A model generated the notes under the pieces. The model was not told where the DNA came from and ran no database searches. It saw only the letters and a list, made by a program, of their open reading frames with translations. The position numbers were made by a program, and so were the translations under genes. From the human T2T-CHM13v2.0 reference genome, Homo sapiens, in the NCBI RefSeq assembly GCF_009914755.1, contig NC_060932.1: DNA of 64,000 nucleotides. One strand, written 5' to 3'. Positions 47,610 through 61,393 of the stretch are shown here, piece after piece (position 1 is the first letter of the stretch; each line of letters starts with the position of its first letter).

Positions 47610-47873
47610 GGTTGTGTATTAGATATTTAGATGTGTGGATACAGTTGTGTATTAGATATTTAGATATCTAAATACGTGGGCTCCAAGTCCCTGATTTATT
47701 TCTAGAGCAACTGGATAAAGGGCTCAGGAAAACTTCCTCAGCTGGCTTGTGGTGCTAAAGAAAGATTTTTCTAGAATGGAGTCCAAATTAATGCTCAAAT
47801 GCCTTCTATGGCCAGGCCGGGAATAAGTGAAAGAAAAAATACGGGAGATTACAAATTCAGCTCATTGTGTTTT

Positions 47874-48448
47874 TGTAGAAAGCAAAATGTTTCCTCTTCA
47901 AAATTTCACTTCCTGTTAAAGAATAAATCATAAGTGTTAGAAATAATCATTTCTTTTAAAGACTAATTTTCTTCAAGCCTCCTTGCTTTGTGCTAACAAC
48001 TCTTTGTTAAGCCCTATCCTGTGTAACTGTTGGACATGCTCACAGGCACATTCCAGTTCATAGCTTATGCCCCTTCCTTATTTGGAAATGTTATTTCTTC
48101 CTTAAACCTTTTGTAAGCAACTTCTTCTCCTTCTTTGTTCTTCCCTGCACTTACTTATTTAGGAAAGTTTTAGGCTATTAGCTAATCGGGTGTCAGTTTA
48201 ATATTGAGAGGTCCCACTCCAGTCAATGGATGCAGGATACAACAGTAAGGACGACCCAAATGTGTAAGGATAAATATATCTGCTTTTCCTTTGTTCAGGT
48301 GTGCTCTCTTTGTTCAGGTGTGCTCTCTTTGTTCAGGTGTGCTCTGTGACTGAGCACCCTTTCTGCAGAAAGTAAAGATTGCCTTGCTGACAGATCTTTT
48401 GTCTCTGTGCTGACTTTTCTTCAAGGCACCAATGATCTATTTCTAACA
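47874..48448 (+). promoter_or_regulatory. 5' LTR (LTR10 family)
   Basis: TG...CA, homologous to 60825-61393, followed by PBS. Confidence 0.8.
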
Positions 48449-50069
48449 ATTTTGGTGGCAATCATACAGGGATACATTCTCCTTCAGGGGTGTCTCTAGT
48501 CCTCTTTCATGAGGTGGCGCCCCAGTGCCTCTTGCAGTGGCCTCAGGGGTAGAGGTCCGAGACCCACCTGGTGTGATGAATAAGCAATACAGAAAGAAAC
48601 TGGCCAGCAACCTGGGGTAAATGATCCTCACATACCTTGGTGAGTACTCTCTGCACAGACCAAGGAAGGAAAAGCCGCAGGAGCTGGTGAAGTACTTCCT
48701 TGGTGGTCAAATTCTGGAGGGCTGAATGTGTGTGCACGTGAATGATCACAGACAACTCTGCTTGCAGTGTTGTGTGGATGGTGACAAGTCCTACTGCTGG
48801 ATGGAGTGAGTGGGTCCTCTCTGCAGTTCCATAACTACCTCATATGGCTTAGGGTGGATCCTGCCATGGGATTTCTACCAGCACGCCAATGCTAAGAGGG
48901 GCCTAATTCTCCCTTGGGGGAGTGGCCAGAGAGGAGAACACGAATAGGAAGTGTGCAAGGGACCTTCAGAGGGGGAAAGGGAGGAAACAGGTCGACCTCC
49001 GAGGGCAGGCAAGGCAAGACACCCACTGGTTTGAAGGGTTGAGATTTCCAGGGCAAGCAAGGCAAGACACCCCTCATTTGAGGGGTTGAGACTTCCAGGA
49101 CAGGCACAGCAAGACACCCCTGGTTTCAGGGGTTGAGCCTTCTGCTAATTTCAGGGATTGAACCTCAAAAAGAGGTGAGAAATCCTCATTGGGGGGATTT
49201 GAACCTCAAAGAGGTGAGAAATTCCCATTGGTGGGGGATTGAACTGTTACGGGTGGGTCATTGTTCTTAGAGCTCCCAAGATGGTGGCAGGCTGCTCCCA
49301 AAATGGGGGCAGCCACTCCCAAGATGGCAGCAAGCTTTTTGTTCTCTGACCTGGGGTTCTTGACCTCACGAATTACAAGGAGTGGAACTTTGGGCCATGC
49401 GGTGAGTGTTATAGTCTATTAGAAGCCATGGGTCATGGAAGAGAACCGTGGAACCCAGCAACTTGTGTTCAGCTCGATTAGGACAAACCAGGGCACTTAG
49501 CCATGCAGGAACAATGGTTAGCCTCTAGCCCCAACAGGAGCGGCAATGGGCACCTCGCTGGATCAGAAACACAGCGGACACCCTGCCAGATCCAGAGGGG
49601 TGAAAGTCAACAGTGGGTCTGCGACGGCAGCGTTTAGCAGTGGGTGGACAGCAAGCAAAAGCTCAGCTCGAGCCGGAACAAACACAGACCAGAAGAGTGT
49701 GCAGTTGCAAGATTTAATAGAGTGAAAACAGAGTTCCCATTCAATGGGAGGGGACCCAAAGGGGGTTGCCACTGCCTCTCAAATACCTGTGTTTATATCC
49801 CAATCACTGTCCCTCCCCCTGTGCTCTCAGGTGATAGATGATTGACTATTTCTTTACCTCCTGCTTTTAGCCTAATTGGTAGTTTAGTGAGCTCTCTTTA
49901 CTACCTGATCGGTCAGATGTAAGCTGAGTTACAAGCCCTATATTTTAAAGGTGGGTGTGGTCACCTTCCCCAGCTAGGCTTAGGAATTCTTAGTCAGCCT
50001 AGGAAATCCAGCTAGTCCTGTCTCTCAATCCCCCCTCTCAACAGGAAAACCCAAGTGCTGTTGGGGAAG

Positions 50070-50552
50070 TTGGCCGATGACCGTTCTAACTGCTTCCTGC
50101 TGAATTGGGGCATAGGAGGGGTCTCGCAGTTCAGATTTCCTCAGGAGGGGTGCCTTCGATGTCATCAACATCGGAGCATGGGCTAGCAGGCCGGTCCAAG
50201 GGTCTGTGGTTGATCTTAGTCATAGACTGCATCTGGGGCTCCATTTGAAGAACAATTTGTAGTTTTACAGTTTTGATTCTGGAAGAGACAAACTTAACAA
50301 GGAGGTTAAAGATACAGGGATTGAAATGTATGGCCTGAAGTGCAGGGGCAAATGGGTGTGGGTGGTGAAAATGGGGTTTCCTTTAGAAAAACTCCTATAC
50401 AGTGGGGCATCAATATTTCTGGGAAGCCATGCTCTCCATAGAAGCTCTTGGTAAGGGGAGCTACTGGTAGTACAGCAGCATGCAAGAGGTGCAGTGAGAG
50501 TGCAAGAGAGTAAGAGAACAGTAAAGAGAAATATATGACAAGGGAGGGCCAT
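50070..50552 (-). pseudogene. HERV-W env remnant (syncytin-1-like signal peptide, short SU piece and cytoplasmic tail)
   Basis: MALPCHIFLFTVLL..SSPYQE..NIDAP vs syncytin-1 MALPYHIFLFTVLL; tail KLQIVLQMEP in another frame. Confidence 0.88.
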
Positions 50553-50645
50553 GGGCATCTGCGATTCTAGTTACTTTCCTCATGGTTGTCACTTGAAGAG
50601 CAGGTGCAGATCCTCTAGAGGTTCACAGGAATAACTAGCATTGTC

Positions 50646-51650
50646 TCCTGGAGTGAGGGGATTACTTTCAAGTATTCCATTATCACTGACCAGTGCATAC
50701 CCCACCTTTTGAAGTCCTTTTTCTACAAAGGAACTTCCATCAGTATACAAGTTGAGGTCAGGATCAGTCAAGGGAACCTCTAGAAGGTCCCCTCAAGTGG
50801 CGTAGGTTTGAGCAATTGTTGACAGTTATGCATCTTTTCTTCATTGTCTGGAAGAAATGTGGCTGGGTTAAGAGTTGCACAAGTGCGCAGTCACAGCACT
50901 GGCCCTTCAAATAATAGAACCTGATATTTAAGCAGAAGGTTGTCTGACAGCCACAAGTCTCCTTTAGCAGTGAGTATGCCGTTCACATCATGAGATGTCC
51001 ACATGTAAGATCTCTTCCCTTTATCATTTTAACTGCTTCAGATACTAATACTGCTACTGCTGCCACTACGCATAAACAGTGAGGCCAACCCTTTGCCACT
51101 ACATCAATTTCCTTACTCAGGTATGCCACAGGTTGCAAGCTGGTCCCTCGGACCTCTGTAAGGACTCCTAGAGCTACTCCTGTCTTTTCTGTGACATATA
51201 AAGAAAAGTCTTGCCCATCGGCAAGCTTAACACTGGGGCTTGCGTTAGGGCCTTCTTTAGGGCCTGGAAAGCAGCTTGTGCTTCAGGTGTCCATTCTACT
51301 AAATGGGTATTGGCTTTCTGAGTTTCCTTAATTAGTGTGTGTAATGGCCCCTGCTTTTGCTAGAATGTCTCTCCCTAACACAGGAGTGGGTCTTTCAGGC
51401 AAAATTAGAAAACCATGTGAAAAGAGTAAAGTACCCTAGTCACAACTTAGTGACCGCGAGAAGTATCTAGTGACTGGCTGTCCTAGGACCCCTTGGATTT
51501 TGACAGATCTGGAGGACAGTTGTCTGGGACAGGAGAGTAAGACTCAGAAGGCCATGCCAGCGTCCAGGAGACAGTTAACCTCCTGGCCCTCAATGGTCAA
51601 GCATACCCGGAGCTCTGTGAGGGTGATGGCATGGGCTGACACTTGTGCTG
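50646..51650 (-). pseudogene. HERV-W pro / pol connection-RNase H remnant; most of RT and integrase deleted
   Basis: LYTDGSSFVEKG RNase H motif (ORF 50589-50771); protease-like region ~51350-51650. Confidence 0.82.
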
Positions 51651-53115
51651 GGCACCCTCAGTCCTGCTGCTGGATCATCTGGTTAGTGGCTTCTGACTCA
51701 AGAGGACCTTTGTTCCCTGGGGCAGTGGGCCTTCCAGTGATTCCCTTGACATAAGGGGCATGGACGAGGGGGCAGCTTATTTCTATTCAGACAATCTTTT
51801 TTAAAGTGTCCTTGGAGACCGCACTGGAAGCAAGTCCTATTAGGCATTTGATTTGCCCAGCCTTTCCCTTTTCCAGAGCCTCCAAAGTCCGCTTGCCTGA
51901 GGGCCATGACTAAAGCGGTGGCCTTTTTTTTTTTTTAAATCCCATTTGTCCCATTCCACCTGCTCCTCCTGATCTCTATTATAAAAAGCTGAGGTTGCCA
52001 AGTTCAATAGGGTTTCTAAGTTTTGCTGCGGGGCTAAGGTGGACTTTTGAAGTTTTTTCTAATGTCTGCAACTGACTGAGTGATAAGCTTATCCTTTAAG
52101 ATTAGTTGGCCTTCAATAGAGTTAGGTGACAGAGAGGTATGCTTCCTCAATGCCTCCCTTAGTCTCTCCAGAATGGCAGTAAGATTTTCTTCTTTCCCTG
52201 TGTTATAGTGGACATCATTGAATAATTTATAGGCTTCTTCCTAGTTTTCCTTAGACCTTTTAGCACTCAAGTTAGCAAATGTCTGCGGCACCAATCTCCA
52301 GGTTCTGATTCTGTGTCCCAGTGAGGGTCTACACTGGCAACTGCCTGCTGGCCAGTGGGGAATTGTTCTCTTTCCTCTGTTGTCATCCTATCATTGACCT
52401 GACTGAGATACCAGAGATCGCCAAACTCTCGGGCTGCAGTTACGGCGGTACTTCTGTCATTTGGGGTGTCTGATCTAGCAGTAACATATCTCTCTATGTC
52501 AGATCAAAGGATTGTCCTAACCCTTGTAAAACATCAATATAGCCATCAGGATTATCTGAGAATTTACCTAGGTCTATTTTAATTTCCTTCAAATCTGAGA
52601 GGGAAAAAGGTACATGCACTCTGACTGGGCCAAATTCTCCTCCTCCCACCACTTGGAAGGGGCATAACCAGGGAATACTGGCACTCTTTGGTTCATTGTT
52701 TACCCCTTTTTCTATCTCTTTCTGTACCATTTGGGTTGAAGGGGGGTCCTTATTAGTTGAGGAAGGAGCTGGGGGACACCGGGGTAGGGAGGTAGACTCT
52801 GAGGGCTTCCTGTAGGGCATAAATAACACTTTTTACATAATTGTGAGTTGTTTATTAATGAAAAGAAAGTTTGCACATATGGCACTTCACTCCATTTGCC
52901 CTCTTTTCTACAAAAGAGTTCTAGCTGTAAGATGGTGTTATAATTTATACTTCCCTCAGGAGGCCAGGTTTCTCCCCCTTAAAGAGGATATTGTGGCCAG
53001 GCGGTACTGCAGAAGAATATAAGTCATTCTTTCTCAGCATCTGAGGGCCAAATTGGTCCTAATTCTCCAGAATACATCTTAGGGGCGTTTTTCCCTTGAG
53101 GGGAATGTTTCCCAT
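51650..53115 (-). pseudogene. HERV-W gag remnant (frameshifted)
   Basis: VHVPFSLSDLKEIKIDLGKFSDNPDGYI (52494-52829); zinc knuckles CFQCGLQGHFKKDC and CPLCQGNHWKAHC (51698-51907). Confidence 0.88.
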
Positions 53116-55516
53116 CTGGAAAAAGAAAATAGGGATGCCAGCACCCTTAGTCATTTTCCGATGAGCATTAGTTCTAGAGCATCTCTATGGTCCTAATGCT
53201 TATTCTTTTCCAGGGTGCATAAGCACCCATGGACCTCTGCTTATCAGATTATTTATGCTCACTGATGTAGCAGTCCTGCACCTGTTTTGCCGCCTTTCTT
53301 GACCACAAAGAAGGGGGTACAGACTGCTGGATTCCAGTGGTCCTTTACCAGCATGCCCAACATTGCCTTTGCGCTCAGAGGTGAGTTCTAGAGCTGGGCT
53401 GGGTTCCTGAGTATTTGATAACAACCCAGTTGCCCCATCAAGATGCATTCCAATAAACAACAGTTCTTATGAAAATTCATTTCAGAGAGGGTGTAGGTAA
53501 CCTTCTAAGTCAGGATTGAGATAGAGTTTTTTTTTTAAGATAAACATTTTTTCCAAAGCGAACTTCCTTTATGTCTGTGGACTAGACTGGCTAAGGCCAC
53601 AAGATTAGAAGTTAGGATAATACAGGTTACACTGTTAACTTTTAGCAAACTTTACTTTTGTTGAAAACCTTCTAAGTTTGGGATTTCAATTATCCTTTGC
53701 TATTAATAAGACCTTGTTTAGTCCAAATTAACTTAGAATTTGTATAGATGGTTTTTTTTATTATGCAAGTACTTTAAGGCTTGGCTGAGTACAAACAGCT
53801 TGCACGTTTGGACAGACCATTTATTAGGCAATTTTCCTAACTCTGCTTTTACAAGAGTTTCCCTATCGATTACTGAATACCCACTGTGTCTTTTTATTCC
53901 TCAATCACCCGGGAGGAACCATCTATCGTCCTGTTCTGAAGGGAGTTTCTCCTAGGTTTGGTTGGACCTTTGTATGGTAATTAAGATTTAAACACCCTGT
54001 TAGGAAATGTGCTGGGTTAAGGGAATTTTCAGTGGTTAATGTTAAACCATCTTTTTCTAACAGAATAGCCCTATACTTTAAGATTTTTGAGTTAGTAAGC
54101 TACCTTTTTGCCTTTTATTTACTTAGGATACTTCTAAACTGGTGAGATGCGCTCACAGTGAGGTTTTCTCTAAAAGTTATTTTTCTACTTTCTTCTGCTA
54201 GCAAAGCAGTTGCTGCTACAGATTGAATGCATTTGGGCCACAGATTGAATGCATTTGGGCCATCCGTGGGCTATGGGGTTGAGGATTTTTGATATGAAGG
54301 CTACGGTTGTCACTGGTCTCAGTGCTTTCGGGCTACGCCCTTGTTTACACTGACAACAAGTTGGTATTGGAGTGTTATAGAGTCCTGGAGAAGACCTTCA
54401 ATTATTAATTATAGTTCCTAAATTTACCTTGCTTTTAAAGTAATAGGGTACACTATTTTTTCTTTACTGTTTCTCTCTCTGTCTTTGACTTTCTCTCTTC
54501 TCTCTCTTTAGACTACCTGTCTCTCTCTTCTCTCTTTCCCTTCTCTCTCTCTCTCTCCTCTCTCTCTTTCCCCTTTTTCCTTCTTTTCTGTCTCTCTTTC
54601 CTCTCTTTTTGTAGATGGATTTTGGGAACACAGTGGAAGGATGTTTGCTCGTTGCCCCCATTTGCCACTGTAGGAATATGCGCCTCCCTTTAATTTACTC
54701 AGTTCGCTTTCATCCTGATCTATTATATTGTTGTAGACCTAGTTCCAGTTGTTAAAGCACTGGGTTATCAGTTCTAAGGTCCTGGCCAAGGAGCCAAGGC
54801 TTGGACATTGTATTGCAGTGGGGTAAGCTCTGGGTAGAAATTGGGGGAGGAGAGCATCTTACACAATGGGAGAGCAATCCTCCTAGCCATTTACAAACCT
54901 GGGGCTATGGCTCATAATAGAACTTGGGGCTCTGGCAAGGATGGTGGGGAACGAGTCCCATATAACTGCCCATGTGGAGAGCTATATACCTAAATTAGGA
55001 GGGGCACCAGGGGCAAGACTCCCTGGGTTCATAGCATAGATGCCTAAGGACACAGCATAGAGCTTCCCTAGATCCCTTTGGAGGTACAACTTGCTCTAAT
55101 ACTTGGGAGAGGAAGTGAAAGTCTGAATCATTAGTATCTAGGAGGCAGGGATCAGAGGAAGTAGATTCAGAGGTAAGGAGAATTTTGGGGCTACACTTCC
55201 AAGAAAGTCGTGTTTCGGACCCAGGAGGTATGGGTCACAAGGAGAGATAGGGGCGCACACATGGGCGGCTGTTGAGTAGAGACTTCTGGCTGCACCATGA
55301 TCTTGACCAGCCAATGCCAGGAGTTCAGGATGATAGCTTTCTGCCTCTAGTCGGCCCTCGGCTTCCCCCAGGAAATTGTGAAAGCAGAAGCTGGTTCCAG
55401 GCAGACCAATCCTCCCAACCCAGAAGGGCTGGAGGTTATTAGAAAACCTTTACCCAGGAAGCCTCACACCTGAGTCTTAAGTCCGCTGGCCACGGTAATA
55501 ATTTTTAACTGGCTGA

Positions 55517-55845
<329 letters not shown>

Positions 55846-57513
55846 TATTTTCCTCCAATTCTAAGGAAGGATAGGACAGAATAGCAAGCAAAAGTGGTCC
55901 AATATTACTCACCACTTTGGAGAATCCCCGTACAGTTGCCACCAAATGTTACGGGTGGGTCTTTGTTCTTAGAGCTCCCAAGATGGTGGCGGCCACTCCC
56001 AAGATGGCAGCAAGCCTTTTGTTCTCTGACCTGGGGTTCTTGGCCTCATGAATTCTGAGGAATGGAACCTTGGGCCATGCGGTGAGTGTTATAGCTCTAT
56101 TAGAAGCCATGGGTCACGGAAAAGAACTGTGGAACCCAGCGACTAGTGTTCAGCTCGATTAGGATGAACCCAGGCACTTAGCCATGCAGGAACAATGGCT
56201 AGTCTCTAGCCTGAACGGGAGCGGCAAGGGGCACCTCGCTGGATCAGAAACACAGCAAGACTCTGCCAGATCTGGAGGGGTGAAAGTCAACAGTGGGTCT
56301 GCGATGGCGGTATTTAGCAGTGCGTGGATGGCAAGCAAAAGCTCAGCTCAAGCCGGAACAAACACAGACCAGAAGAGTGTGCAGTTGCAAGATTTAATAG
56401 AGTGAAAACAGAGCTCCCATTCAACAGGAGGGGACCCAAAGTGGGTTGCCACTGCCGGCTCAAATGCCTGTATTTATATCCCAATCACTGTCCCTCCCCC
56501 TGTGCTCTCAGGCAATACGTGATTGATTATTTCTTTACCTCCTGCTTTTAGCCTAATTGGTGGTTTAGTGAGCTCTCTTTACTACCTGATTGGTCAGATG
56601 TGAGCTGAGTTACAAGCCCTGTGTTTTACAGGTGGGTGCGGTCACTTTCCCCAGCCAGGCTTAGGAATTCTTAGTCGGTCTAGGAAATCCAGTTAGTCCT
56701 GTCTCTCAGAACCTCTCACAAACCTCCGGTAGTAAGAAAAATACTCAGAAGTCCCCTTTTGCCTTCTTCTCAGGGGAAGCTCCACTCCTGCTGGTCGCTC
56801 CCTTAGGGGAAGGGGAACGGGAAGGAGAAGGGAGAACAGCAGCATAAGTGGCTAGCAGAGGCAAGGGAAAGACCAGCAGAGAGGAAAGAGAAACTGGGAG
56901 AGGAAGTCAGAGAGAAAGAGAGAGACAGAAGTACTAAAGAGAAAACAGTGTACCCTATTCCTTTAAAAGCCAGGGTAAATTTCAAACCTATAATTGATAA
57001 TTGAAGGTTTCCTCCGTGACCCTGTAACACTCCAATACTGCCCATAAAGAAGCGGGAAGCCAGTTAGTGCAAGATCTTAGAGCTATTAATCAGATAGTCC
57101 AAACTACCCACCCTGTTGTTATGGTAATAGATTTAAAAGATGCCTTCTGAGCTTGTCTGTTAGCAGAGGACAGCCAGGACCTATTTGCAAGTGAGAAGAC
57201 TGTCACTCCAATCAAAAGTAGTAATACCAATAGTCTTACCCCAAGGGTTTATGGAGTCTTCAAACTTATTTAGTCAAATATTCGAACAAGTCATTTAATT
57301 AGCAAAGGTAAATGGAAAATTGAGCCTGAACAGATTGAAAGCTTAATTCTTGCCCCTGCCAGAGACTAAGCAAGAGCTTAGAAAATTTTAGAATTAGTCG
57401 GATGGATACTATAGTCTATGGGTAGACACTTATGCCCTAAAAAAGAACGCTTATACAAAAAGCTCACATAAGACTGGCCAAACCCCTTCATTTGGCAATT
57501 ACCAGAAATCCAA

Positions 57514-58281
57514 CACTGGCCATCAGAGAAATGCAAATCAAAACCACTATGAGATATCATCTCACACCAGTTAGAATGGCAATCATTAAAAAGTCAGGAA
57601 ACAACAGGTGCTGGAGAGGATGTGGAGAAATAGGAACACTTTTACACTGTTGGTGGGACTGTAAACTAGTTCAACCATTGTGGAAGTCAGTGTGGCGATT
57701 CCTCAGGGATCTACAACTAGAAATACCATTTGACCCAGCCATCCCATTACTGGGTATATACCCAAATGACTGTAAATCATGCTGCTATAAAGACACATGC
57801 ACACGTATGTTTATTGCGGCATTATTCACAATAGCAAAGACTTGGAAGCAACCCAAATGTCCAACAATGATAGACTGGATTAAGAAAATGTGGCACATAT
57901 ACACCATGGAATACTATGCAGCCATAAAAAATGATGAGTTCATGTCCTTTGTAGGGACATGGATGAAATTGGAAATCATCATTCTCAGTAAACTATCGCA
58001 AGAACAAAAAACCAAACACCGCATATTCTCACTCATAGGTGGGAATTGAACAATGAGATCACATGGACACATGAAGGGGAATATCACACTCTGGGGACTG
58101 TGGTGGGGTGGGGGGAGCGGCGAGGGATAGCATTGGGAGATATATCTAAGGCTAGATGACGAGTTAGTGGGTGCAGCGCACCAGCATGGCACATGTATAC
58201 ATATGTAACTAACCTGCACAATGTGCACATGTACCCTAAAACTTAAAGTATAATAAAAAAAAAAAAGGAAAAAAAAAAAAA
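57514..58281 (+). mobile_element. 5'-truncated young L1 (L1PA2-like) in HERV-I pol remnant
   Basis: Open ORF2 C-terminus to ..SLIGGN; 3' UTR GCATTGGGAG..GCTAGATGACGAGTTAGTGGG..CAATGTG; poly(A). Confidence 0.9.
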
Positions 58282-59689
58282 GGAAAGGTTAAAACATCTA
58301 TTAGTAACTGCCCCGTCCTAGTTTTACCCTCTTTAAGCAACCATTCCACCTTGTTGTCAGTGTAAACAAGGGCATAGCCAGAAAGCACTGAGGCCACTGA
58401 CAACACGTAGCCTTCCTAATAAAAAACCCTTAACCCAGTAACCTGCGGATGGCCCAAATGTATTCAATCTGTAGTGGCAACAGCTTTGCTAACAGAATAA
58501 AGTAGAAAAATAACTTTTAGAGGAAACCTCATTGTGAGCACACCTCACCAGATCAAAACTATCTTAAGTCAAAAAAAAAAAAAAAAAAGCAAAAAGGTAG
58601 CTTACTGACTCAAGAACCTTAAAGTATGAGGCTATTCTGTTAGAAAAAGATGACTTAACATTAACCACTGATAATTCCCTTAACCCAGCAGGTTTTCTAA
58701 CAGGGGATCTAAATCTTAATTACCATACAAAGGTCCAGACCTAGGAGGAACTCCCTTCAGTACAGGACAATAGATGGTTCCTCGGGGGTGATTGAGGGAA
58801 AAAGCTACAATGGGTATTCAGTAAGTGATAGGGCCTTTTGTAGAAGTAGAGTTAGGAAAATTGCCCAATAATTGGTCTGCTCAAACGTGTAAGCTGTTTG
58901 CTTTCAGCCAAGCCTTAAAGTACTTACAGAATCAGGAAGGAGTCATCTATACCAATTCTAAGTTAATTTGGACTGAATGAGGTCTTATTAATAGCAAAGA
59001 ACAATCAAAATCCCAAACTTACAAGGTTTTCAACAAAAGTAAAGTTTGCTAAAAGTTAACAGTGTAACTGGTATTATCCTAACTTCTAATCTTGTGCCCT
59101 TAGGCAGTCTAGTCCACAGACATGAAGGAAGTTCACTTTGGAAAAGAATGATTATCATCTTTGGAAAAAAAAAAAAGGGAGAATTTATGTAAAAAGAATG
59201 TAATATGGTAAATTCTTGTCCTAAAATAAATTAACTGGTTGTTTAAAGAAAGGGATGTTTACAAGTCAGAAAATTGAGGCATGTCAAAGAATTGTCTGTG
59301 ATAGTCATGAAAAGTTATACAAGGGAATTTATGCAAGAAATTTTGTATAATTTAAAAGTAATTAGGCCTCCCAAATGTAAAATTATTGAAGAAACAGTTT
59401 ATGTGCCAGATGTGTAAGGAACGAAGGCACGAAGGACTATAAAGTCCACTGCCGATGTCCCCACATTTAAAACAAAAGGTCAGTTCCTCAGAAATTATAT
59501 ATTTGATTTATCTTCCACTTTCCTTTCCCTCACAACTAAAAGTCTTTTAGCACAGGTGCTACCCCCAGAATTTCCGGTAAACCAGCACCAGCCTGAGGAT
59601 CACGTTCTCTTCAAAGGGTGGAAAGAAGGGAAACTCGAGCCAGCCTGAGAAGGACCCTACCTTGTGCTGCTAACCACTGAGACTGCTGT

Positions 59690-60620
59690 TTGTACAGCAG
59701 AAAGGGGATGGACACATCACACCTGAGTCAAGCAAACGCCATTATCATCAGAATCATGGGCCATTGTTCCTGGATCAAGCCCTACCAAATTAAAGCTAAG
59801 AAAAGCTTAGTCTGTCTTTTCCTTTCCTTTCCTTACCCAGTGCTTATATCCATTACTATTCCTACCACTAGCAACTCTAACCCCACTTTAGAGTGTTTTT
59901 ATGGTTTAGGAGCAGAGGTCACTGGAAAGGATCCTACAGACTTCTTTGAGATGCACTTCGTTCTCCCTCCTCCACCTCCTACAACTGTCCCTTTCCCAAA
60001 CCTATGAAATCAAAGTATGCCTCGCCTCATGCCAAATTACAAAAGCAAGGTCTCAGTAGTAGAAATAGGAGACCTAAGGCAAACCATAGCCATTGAAACA
60101 GGGTATAAAGATGTAAATGCCTGGTTAGAATGGATTAAATATTCCGTTCGCACTTTAAACAAATGCGACTGTTATGCTTGTGCGCATGGTAGGCCAGAGG
60201 CCCAGGTTGTCCTCTTTCCACTAGGATGGTCCTCAGGTCAAGTGGACATGGAGTACGTGGTAGCTCTTTTTCAAGATTTCACCGCCTGGAATAACGAATT
60301 GTGCCAAGCTCTTTCTCTGCTATTTCCCCTGAAATTCAACACCCTGTGGGTCAGCCCCCAAGGACCATCCAGCCTCCATCTTCCAAGACCAATTTTACCT
60401 CGTGTCTCCAATGACAAGGGGAAAAATTTGGCATTCCTTGGAGACTTAACAGGATGCAGTGAAGTCAGGCACTTTCAAGAGCTGACCCATCAGTCCGCCC
60501 TTATTCATCCCTGAGTGGATGTAAGGTGGTATTATGGAGGACCTTTACTGGACACTCTGCCAAATAATTAGAGCAGTACTTATGCTGTAGTTCAATTGGC
60601 TATCCCTTTTACTCTGGCAT
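59690..60620 (+). pseudogene. HERV-I-type env (SU) remnant
   Basis: ORF 60017-60514 with NAWLEWIKY and CxxC motif CYAC, positioned before PPT and 3' LTR. Confidence 0.7.
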
Positions 60621-60824
60621 TTCATCAACCAGAAAAAGAAGAAAAAGAAAAAAGAAAAAAAAATGTAGCCTCAATTCTTACCTCTTTAACAACTATAATA
60701 AGTATACTCCTTCTTCTTCAGTGTTGTGTTGTACCCATACATCCAGGAGTTAATCAAAACAACTAAGCCAAGACATGTTAAGCAAGTTTGAAGAGGAAAA
60801 CTATAAAGTAATAGAGGAGGGAAT

Positions 60825-61393
60825 TGTAGAAAGTAAAAAGTTTCCTCGTCAAAGTTTCCCTTCTTGTTAAAGAATAAATCATAAGTGTTAAAAATAATAG
60901 TTTCTTTTGAAGACTAACTTTCTCCAAGCCTTCTTGCTTTGTGCTAATAACTCTTTGTTAAGCCCTATCCTATGTAACTGTTGGACATGCTCACCGGCAC
61001 GTTCCAGCTCATAGCTTATGCCCCTTCCTTATTTGGAAATATTATTGCTTCCTTAAACCTTTTGTAAGCAAGTTCCTCTCCTTTGTTCTTCCCTGCACTT
61101 ACCTATTTAGGAAAGTTTTAGGCTATTAGCAAATTGGATATCAGTTTAAGACCGTGAGGTCCCACTCCAGCCAATGGATGCAGGACAGAGCAGTAAGGAC
61201 GACCCAAATGTATAAGGGATAAATATGTCTGCTTTTCCTTTGTTCAGGTGTGCTCTCACCATTGTTCCATCTGTGATTGAGCACCCTTTCTGCAGAAAGT
61301 AAAGATTGCCTTGCTGAGAAATCTTTTGTCTCCATGCTGACTTTTCTTCATGGCACTGATTTTCTATTTCTAACCATTTTGATATTTCTAACA
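60825..61393 (+). promoter_or_regulatory. 3' LTR (LTR10 family)
   Basis: Direct repeat of 47874-48448, preceded by PPT, followed by TSD GTTTT. Confidence 0.8.

Noticed and set aside
48990-49244. Short repeats with variable spacers resembling a CRISPR array
   Set aside because: Degenerate tandem repeats (GCAAGACACCC..GGGTTGAG; GATTGAACCTCAAA) of the retroviral leader in human DNA; no cas genes
54218-54261. 22-bp tandem duplication in the HERV-W leader
   Set aside because: Simple slippage event, useful only as a locus-specific tag
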